In this document: positions 25,836 through 32,000 of the stretch, one piece after another | Numbering within the stretch: position 1 is the first letter of the stretch | Layout of the letters: each line of letters starts with the position of its first letter | DNA from: Mycolicibacterium smegmatis | Lineage (GTDB): Bacteria; Actinomycetota; Actinomycetes; Mycobacteriales; Mycobacteriaceae | Direction: 5' to 3' | DNA length: 32,000 nucleotides | Assembly (NCBI RefSeq): GCF_001457595.1 | Contig: NZ_LN831039.1 | Location: 6,180,001 to 6,212,000, forward strand | Translations under genes and position numbers: made by a program | Notes under the pieces: model-generated | Databases searched by the model: none | What the model was told of the DNA's origin: nothing | Seen by the model: only the letters and a program-made list of their open reading frames with translations

Positions 25836-28800
25836 GTGACAGCAACGGACGACGCAGTTGGTGGGCACGCGGTCCCCGCTCAGTACCTGCTCTCATCGCT
25901 GGCACCTGCACCGCGGACGCTCATCGACATCCTCTACGACACCGCGCGGCGGTTCCCCGACGCACCCGCGATCGACGACGGCACGGTGCAGCTCACCTAT
26001 GCCGAACTCGTCGCCGACATCGAGGAGAGCGTCGCGTGGCTGGCCGCACGCGGCATCGGCCGCGGCGACCGGATCGGCATCCGGATGCCGTCGGGAAGTT
26101 ACGCGCTGTACGTCGCGATCCTGTCGGTGCTGGCGGCCGGGGCCGCCTATGTGCCTGTGGACGCCGACGATCCCGACGAGCGCGCCCAGTTGGTGTTCGG
26201 TGAGGCCGGCGTCGTCGGCGTGATCACCGAGCGCGGCCTGATCCGCGGCGTCGGCCAGTCGCGCGGCTGGCGCGCGGCGGCCCCGCTCGGCCGCGACGAC
26301 GCCTGGATCATCTTCACGTCGGGCTCTACCGGCACTCCCAAGGGAGTCGCCGTGACGCATCGCAGTGCCGCCGCGTTCGTCGACGCGGAAGCACGAATGT
26401 TTCTGCAGGACAACCCGATCGGACCGGGTGACCGGGTGCTCGCGGGCCTGTCGGTCGCGTTCGACGCATCGTGCGAGGAGATGTGGCTGGCCTGGCGCAA
26501 CGGTGCGTGCCTGGTGCCTGCGCCGCGGTCGCTGGTGCGCAGCGGGATGGACCTCGGCCCCTGGCTGGTGAGCCGCGACATCACCGTGGTGTCCACGGTT
26601 CCGACGCTGGCGGCGCTGTGGCCCGCCGAGGCGCTCGAATCGGTGCGGCTGCTGATCTTCGGCGGCGAGGCCTGCCCGCCCGAATTGGCGCAGCGGCTCG
26701 CGGTCGACGGCCGCGAGGTGTGGAACACCTACGGGCCCACCGAGGCCACCGTGGTGGCCTGCGCGGCGCGCCTCGACGGCCTTGGCCCGGTCAGCATCGG
26801 GCTGCCGTTGAGCGGCTGGGATCTGGCCGTGGTGGACCGTGACGGGCTCCCGGTGGCGGTCGGCGAGGTCGGTGAGCTGGTCATCGGCGGCGTCGGGCTG
26901 GCCCGTTACCTGGACCCGGACAAGGACCGCGAGAAGTACGCGCCGATGCCGACGCTGGGCTGGAGCCGCGCGTACCGCAGCGGGGATCTGGTGCGACTGC
27001 AGGACGACGGCCTGTACTTCCAGGGCCGCGCCGACGATCAGGTGAAGGTCGGCGGCCGCCGCATCGAGCTCGGCGAGGTCGACACCGCGCTGGTCAACCT
27101 TCCCGGCGTCAGCGCGGGGGCGGCGGCGGTCCGCAAGACCGCGAGCGGCACGCCGCTGCTGGTCGGCTACGTCGCGAGCCACGACCCGTCGTTCGACCTC
27201 GCGGCCGCGCGCGCCGCGCTGGCCGAATCGCTGCCTGCCGCGCTGGTACCGCGTCTGATCCTGCTCGACGAACTGCCGACCCGTACCTCCGGCAAGGTCG
27301 ACCGCAACGCCCTGCCCTGGCCGCCACCCGACGGTACCGATCAGGACGCCCCCGAACTCGTCGGCACCATGGGCTGGCTGGCCGGCCTGTGGCGCGACGT
27401 GCTCGGCACGACCGTCGACGGGCCCGAGGCCGATTTCATCGCGCTCGGCGGCGGGTCACTGTCGGCCGCGCAGCTCGTCGCCGCGATGCGCAGGCGCTAC
27501 CCGCAGGTGACTGTTGCCGACATCTACGACCATCCCCGGCTCGGTTCGCTGGCCGGATATCTCGACGAGCTGTCCCCGCCCCCGGAGATCACCGCGCGCG
27601 AGGTCGCCCCGACGTCGCGGCTCACGCAGGCCGCTCAGGTCGCGCTTTCGGTGCCGCTGGCCACGCTGACCGGCATGCAGTGGGTGGTGTGGCTGGGCCT
27701 GTTGAACAACGTCGCCGCCGCGCTGGACCTCGTGCCGTGGGCGCAGCCGGTCAACTGGTGGCTGCTGCTCGCCGGCTTCGGAGTGTTCATCACGCCCGTG
27801 GGCCGCATGGGTATCGCGGTGCTGTTCGCCCGGATGCTGTTGAGCGGCCTGCAACCCGGGACCTACCGCCGCGGCGGCGCGGTGCACCTGCGGGTCTGGT
27901 TCGCCGAGCGGCTCGCCGAGGCCAGCGGCGCCGAGAACCTCGCGGGCGCACCGTGGATGGTGTACTACGCCCGCGCGCTCGGCAACAGCGTCGGCAAGGG
28001 CGTCGACCTGCACTCGGCACCGCCGGTGACCGGCATGGCCAAGCTGGGGCACCGCTGCTCGATCGAACCCGAGGTGGATCTCAGCGGGCACTGGATCGAC
28101 GGGGACCTGTTCCACGTCGGCCCCATCACGGTCGGCAACGACGCCACGATCGGCGCCCGCACCACGCTGCTGCCCGGCGCCACGGTCGGCAAGAACGCCG
28201 ATGTGGCACCGGGGTCCGCGGTGGTCGGCAAGGTCAAGAACGGCCAGTACTGGAAGGGCTCGCCCGCCGTGAAGTCGGGCAAGGCGCGCCACCCGTGGCC
28301 CGATCACCGGCCGCCGCGCGCCCCCGTGTGGGTCGCGGTGTACGGCGTGACCTCCATCCTGCTGGGCAGCCTGCCGCTGGCGGGCCTGGCCGCGGGTCTC
28401 GCCGTGATCGGCTGGGGCATCCGTGACACCGCCACCCCGGTCGACGCGATCCTGCCCGCGCTGGCGTGGACGCCCGTGGCGACGGTGGTCGCGGTGCTCA
28501 CCTACGCCGTGTTGACCGTGCTGGGCGTGCGCGTGCTCTCGGTGGGGCTCAGCGAGGGCTACCACCCGGTGCGCAGCCGCGTGGGCTGGCAGTTGTGGGC
28601 CACCGAACGCCTCATGGACGCCGCGCGCAACTACCTGTTCCCCGTCTACGCGAGCCTGCTGACCCCGTGGTGGCTGCGTCTGCTGGGCGCGAAAGTCGGT
28701 GAGGGCACCGAAATCTCGACGGCGCTGTTCACCCCGAAGTTCACCGAGGTACAGGACGGCGCGTTCCTGGCCGACGACACCATGGTCGCGTCGTACGAAC

Positions 28801-29771
28801 TGGGCGGCGGCTGGATCCACGTCGCCAAGGCCACCATCGGCAAGCGCGCGTTCCTCGGCAACTCGGGCATCACGCAACCCGGGCGCAAGGTGCCCGACGA
28901 CGGTCTGGTGGCCGTGCTGTCGGCCACGCCGCACAAGGCCAAGGCCGGCTCGTCGTGGCTGGGCAGCCCTCCGGTGCGGTTGCGGCGCAAGGCGACCGCC
29001 GCCGACGTGCTGCGCACCTTCCACCCGTCGCCGCGGCTGAAAGCCATGCGCGCGGCGGTCGAGACGTGCCGGATCATCCCGGTGATCATCACGTTCGGCA
29101 TCGGGGTGGCGGTGCTGGGTGCACTGCAGACGCTGGTGCTGCGGTTCGGTTACCTGTGGGCCGCGCTCGCGAGCGGACTGGTGCTGCTGGCCGCGGGTGC
29201 CCTGGCCGGGCTCATCGCGGTGGCCGCGAAGTGGTCGGTGATCGGGCGGATCCGCGCCGTCGAGCATCCGTTGTGGTCGTCGTTCGTGTGGCGCAACGAG
29301 GTCTCGGACACGTTCGTCGAGACCGTCGCGGCGCCGTGGTTCGCGCGGGCCGCGACCGGCACCCCGGTGATGAACCTGTGGCTGCGCGCACTCGGCGCGT
29401 CGATCGGACGCGGGGTGTGGTGTGAGACCTACTGGCTGCCCGAGGCCGACCTGGTGAGCCTCGGCGCGGGGGCCACCGTCAACCGCGGGTGTGTGGTGCA
29501 GACGCACCTGTTCCACGACCGCATCATGCGGATGGACAGCGTTGTCCTGGAAGCGGGTTCGACGCTGGGACCGCACTGCGTGGCGCTGCCTGCCGCCCGA
29601 TTGGGCGCCGGCGCCACGGTGGGACCCGGATCGCTCGTGATGCGTGGCGACGAGGTTCCGTCGTCGACGCGGTGGCAGGGCAATCCGATCGCGCCGTGGG
29701 ACATGTTCGGCAAGAAACGCACCGCCGCCGCGTCGGCGCGCAAGAAGACGACAGAGAAACCGGCCGCGTGA
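25836..29771 (+). CDS. Pls/PosA-family NRPS-like protein (adenylation - carrier - multi-TM terminal domain with left-handed beta-helix/hexapeptide segments)
   Basis: GTG 25836. A domain: IIFTSGSTGTPKGVAVTH, FDASCEEMWLAW, NTYGPTEATV, YRSGDL, GRADDQVKVGGRRIELGE, RTSGKVDRNALP; carrier FIALGGGSLSAAQLVAAM; then TM segments and IGARTTLLPGATVGKNADVAPGSAVVGKVK, LGAGATVGPGSLVMRGDEVP hexapeptide-like repeats. Confidence 0.9.
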   Translation: MTATDDAVGGHAVPAQYLLSSLAPAPRTLIDILYDTARRFPDAPAIDDGTVQLTYAELVADIEESVAWLAARGIGRGDRIGIRMPSGSYALYVAILSVLAAGAAYVPVDADDPDERAQLVFGEAGVVGVITERGLIRGVGQSRGWRAAAPLGRDDAWIIFTSGSTGTPKGVAVTHRSAAAFVDAEARMFLQDNPIGPGDRVLAGLSVAFDASCEEMWLAWRNGACLVPAPRSLVRSGMDLGPWLVSRDITVVSTVPTLAALWPAEALESVRLLIFGGEACPPELAQRLAVDGREVWNTYGPTEATVVACAARLDGLGPVSIGLPLSGWDLAVVDRDGLPVAVGEVGELVIGGVGLARYLDPDKDREKYAPMPTLGWSRAYRSGDLVRLQDDGLYFQGRADDQVKVGGRRIELGEVDTALVNLPGVSAGAAAVRKTASGTPLLVGYVASHDPSFDLAAARAALAESLPAALVPRLILLDELPTRTSGKVDRNALPWPPPDGTDQDAPELVGTMGWLAGLWRDVLGTTVDGPEADFIALGGGSLSAAQLVAAMRRRYPQVTVADIYDHPRLGSLAGYLDELSPPPEITAREVAPTSRLTQAAQVALSVPLATLTGMQWVVWLGLLNNVAAALDLVPWAQPVNWWLLLAGFGVFITPVGRMGIAVLFARMLLSGLQPGTYRRGGAVHLRVWFAERLAEASGAENLAGAPWMVYYARALGNSVGKGVDLHSAPPVTGMAKLGHRCSIEPEVDLSGHWIDGDLFHVGPITVGNDATIGARTTLLPGATVGKNADVAPGSAVVGKVKNGQYWKGSPAVKSGKARHPWPDHRPPRAPVWVAVYGVTSILLGSLPLAGLAAGLAVIGWGIRDTATPVDAILPALAWTPVATVVAVLTYAVLTVLGVRVLSVGLSEGYHPVRSRVGWQLWATERLMDAARNYLFPVYASLLTPWWLRLLGAKVGEGTEISTALFTPKFTEVQDGAFLADDTMVASYELGGGWIHVAKATIGKRAFLGNSGITQPGRKVPDDGLVAVLSATPHKAKAGSSWLGSPPVRLRRKATAADVLRTFHPSPRLKAMRAAVETCRIIPVIITFGIGVAVLGALQTLVLRFGYLWAALASGLVLLAAGALAGLIAVAAKWSVIGRIRAVEHPLWSSFVWRNEVSDTFVETVAAPWFARAATGTPVMNLWLRALGASIGRGVWCETYWLPEADLVSLGAGATVNRGCVVQTHLFHDRIMRMDSVVLEAGSTLGPHCVALPAARLGAGATVGPGSLVMRGDEVPSSTRWQGNPIAPWDMFGKKRTAAASARKKTTEKPAA

Positions 29772-31105
29772 CGAGGTCCAAGAAGGTCGCCAAGAAAGCC
29801 GGGCACCCGCCTGTCATCGACCCGTACCTGCCCGGAAACGGCAACTTCGGCTACCGGGTGTCGCGCTACGAACTCGACCTCGAATACAAGGTTGCGAGCA
29901 ACCGTCTGACCGGGACCGCGACCATCACCGCGGTGACGCTTGCGGCGCTGCGAACGTTCACCCTCGACCTGTCGGACAACCTCTCGGTGGGCAAGGTCTC
30001 GGTGAACGGCCGCAGGCCCGCACAGTTCCGCTGCTCCGGGGCGAAACTGCACATCACGCTGCCCTCGGCGCTGCCCGCTGGCTCCGCGATGACCATCGTC
30101 GTCCGCTACAGCGGCAATCCGCGGCCCATCGACACCCTGTGGGGTGACGTCGGTTTCGAGGAACTCACCAACGGGGCGCTCGTCGCGGGCCAGCCCAACG
30201 GCGCGGCGTCGTGGTTCCCGTGCGACGACCATCCCAGCGCCAAGGCCTCCTACCGTATCCAGATCAGCACCGACAGCCCGTACCACGCGATCGCCAACGG
30301 GGAACTGTTGTCGCGCAAGGTGCGTGCGGGCCACACCGTGTGGACCTACGAACTCGCCGAGCCCACCTCGCCGTATCTGGTGACGCTGCAGATCGGCATG
30401 TACGAATCGCACCGGATGACCAAGACCCCGGTACCGATGCACGCCGTGCTGCCGCCGCGCCTGCGATCGGCGTTCGACCACGACTTCGAGCGTCAACCGC
30501 AGATGATGAAGCTTTTCGTCAAACTCTTCGGCCCGTATCCGCTGAGCACCGGCTACACCGTGGTGGTCACCGACGACGACCTCGAGATACCGCTTGAGGC
30601 CCAGGGCATCTCGATCTTCGGCGCCAACCACTGTGACGGCAGCCGCGGGTCCGAGCGTCTCATCGCCCACGAGTTGGCCCACCAGTGGTTCGGCAACTCG
30701 GTGACGGCGCGGCGCTGGCGCGACATCTGGCTGCACGAGGGATTCGCGTGCTACGCCGAGTGGTTGTGGTCGGAGAACAGCGGCGGGCGCAGCGCGGCCG
30801 AGTGGGCACAGCACTACTACGACAAGTTGCGGCACTCCCCGCAGGACCTGCTGCTGGCCGATCCCGGCCCGCGCGACATGTTCGACGACCGCGTGTACAA
30901 GCGCGGAGCCATGACCCTGCATGTGCTGCGCGAGCGGATCGGCGACAAGGACTTCTTTGCGCTACTGCAGGATTGGACCACACGCCACCGGCACAGCACG
31001 GCGTTCACCGACGATTTCACGGGCCTGGCCGCCGGTTACACCAGTGAATCGCTGCAGCCGCTGTGGCAGGCGTGGCTGTACTCGGAAGCGCTGCCGCCGC
31101 TGTGA
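29768..31105 (+). CDS. M1-family (aminopeptidase N-like) zinc metallopeptidase, short form
   Basis: GTG 29768 overlapping the upstream stop (GTGA). SERLIAHELAHQWFGNSVTARRWRDIWLHEGFACYAEWLWSE = HExxH-18-E; N-terminal M1 beta domain YRVSRYELDLEYKVASNRLTGTATITA. Confidence 0.92.
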   Translation: MTRSKKVAKKAGHPPVIDPYLPGNGNFGYRVSRYELDLEYKVASNRLTGTATITAVTLAALRTFTLDLSDNLSVGKVSVNGRRPAQFRCSGAKLHITLPSALPAGSAMTIVVRYSGNPRPIDTLWGDVGFEELTNGALVAGQPNGAASWFPCDDHPSAKASYRIQISTDSPYHAIANGELLSRKVRAGHTVWTYELAEPTSPYLVTLQIGMYESHRMTKTPVPMHAVLPPRLRSAFDHDFERQPQMMKLFVKLFGPYPLSTGYTVVVTDDDLEIPLEAQGISIFGANHCDGSRGSERLIAHELAHQWFGNSVTARRWRDIWLHEGFACYAEWLWSENSGGRSAAEWAQHYYDKLRHSPQDLLLADPGPRDMFDDRVYKRGAMTLHVLRERIGDKDFFALLQDWTTRHRHSTAFTDDFTGLAAGYTSESLQPLWQAWLYSEALPPL

Positions 31106-32000
31106 CCGACGGCGGTGCGCCTGCCCCATTCGATCCGGACGATCCGGCGCGTGGCGCGATCACCCGCAGCAGCATCGCCCGCGTCGGGTCGGCGACCGCC
31201 ATCACGGCACTGTGCGGCTACGCCGTGCTGTACCTCGCCGCGCGTGACCTCGAACCCGCGGGATTCTCGGTGTTCGCGGTGTTCTGGGGCGCCTTCGGAC
31301 TTGTCACCGGCGCGGCCAACGGCCTGCTGCAGGAGGCCACGCGTGAGGTCCGGTCGGTCCAGGTCGCGCCCCGGGTGTCCGGGGTTTCGGGGCCGCGCAC
31401 ACATCCGATGCGGGTGGCGGCCGCGGTCGGGGTGGTCGCGGCGCTGGTCATCGCGGGCACCTCGCCGCTGTGGAGCGGGCACGTGTTCGTGGAGTCGCGC
31501 GCCCTTTCCGTCGCCCTGCTCAGCGTCGGTCTGGCCGGGTTCTGCCTGCACGCGACATTGTTGGGCATGCTCGCCGGTATCGACCGCTGGACCGAATACG
31601 GCGCGTTGATGGTCACCGACGCGGGCATCCGTGTGGGGGTGGCCGCCGCGTCGTTCGTCTTAGGTTGGGGTCTGGGCGGTTATCTGTGGGCCACCGTCGC
31701 GGGGGCGGGCGCGTGGCTGATCCTGTTGCTCACCGCACCCGCCGCGCGTGTGGCCGCCCGCCAGGTCACCGCGGGCGGCACGTGGACGTTCGTCCGCGGG
31801 ACCGCACACTCGATCGCCGCGGCCGGGGCCAGCGCGATCCTGGTGATGGGATTCCCGGTGCTGCTCAAGGCCACGTCCGCCGATCTCGGTGCGGCAGGCG
31901 GTGTGGTGATCCTGGCCGTCACGCTCACGCGGGCCCCGCTGCTGGTGCCGCTCACCGCGATGCAGGGCAACCTGATCGCCCATTTCGTCGACCAGGCCCG
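31102..32000 (+). CDS. Multi-spanning membrane protein, MOP/polysaccharide-flippase-like (incomplete at right edge)
   Basis: Open frame from GTG 31102 (GTGA overlap with the M1 gene) to window end: VTDGGAPAPFDPDDPARGAITRSSIARVGSATAITALCGYAVLYLAARDLEPAGFSVFAVFWGAFGLVTGAANGLLQEATREVRS... with alternating hydrophobic segments. Confidence 0.7.
   Translation, partial: MTDGGAPAPFDPDDPARGAITRSSIARVGSATAITALCGYAVLYLAARDLEPAGFSVFAVFWGAFGLVTGAANGLLQEATREVRSVQVAPRVSGVSGPRTHPMRVAAAVGVVAALVIAGTSPLWSGHVFVESRALSVALLSVGLAGFCLHATLLGMLAGIDRWTEYGALMVTDAGIRVGVAAASFVLGWGLGGYLWATVAGAGAWLILLLTAPAARVAARQVTAGGTWTFVRGTAHSIAAAGASAILVMGFPVLLKATSADLGAAGGVVILAVTLTRAPLLVPLTAMQGNLIAHFVDQA

Noticed and set aside
27456-29576. 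706-aa minus-strand ORF opposite the NRPS-like gene
   Set aside because: Antisense mirror frame, no recognisable motifs; the plus strand encodes clear A-domain/terminal-domain signatures.
29429-30922. 497-aa minus-strand ORF opposite the M1 peptidase
   Set aside because: Antisense artefact; the sense strand has an intact HELAHQW...E metallopeptidase.
1-32000. Search for CRISPR repeats, IS/transposase genes, prophage or toxin-antitoxin modules
   Set aside because: No regularly spaced direct repeats, transposase signatures or phage genes seen; gene content is ordinary chromosomal.

Overview
High-GC actinobacterial chromosome segment. Protein similarity suggests a fast-growing Mycobacterium/Mycolicibacterium (inference, no database search run). 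There are no tRNA/rRNA genes, insertion elements or CRISPR arrays that I can support. Left to right it contains: (1) 5' part of tilS, a zinc-dependent metalloprotease, a PBP4-type D-Ala-D-Ala carboxypeptidase, and divergent ppa; (2) an OHCU-decarboxylase-like gene; (3) a tightly packed nine-gene minus-strand run (13400->3961) encoding a peptide/opine-type ABC importer, a TauE-type permease, an IclR regulator, a GudD glucarate dehydratase and a 2-hydroxyacid dehydrogenase, flanked by a second 2-hydroxyacid dehydrogenase and a LysR regulator; (4) a phosphorelay/partner-switching locus (STAS + RsbW-like kinase, convergent with a translationally coupled RR-PP2C phosphatase / CHASE3-HAMP histidine kinase / stand-alone receiver operon) with no sigma factor nearby; (5) a second glucarate catabolic operon (KGSADH / kdgD / second glucarate dehydratase); (6) a short protein resembling the C-terminal part of a luciferase-like monooxygenase; (7) a TerC/Alx-family gene whose leader carries a yybP-ykoY (Mn2+) riboswitch-like element with a readable SD-sequestering expression platform; (8) a translationally coupled three-gene set: Pls/PosA-type NRPS-like membrane protein, short M1 metallopeptidase, MOP/flippase-like membrane protein (runs off the right edge). 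Items 8, 7, 3/5 and 4 are the most worth following up.
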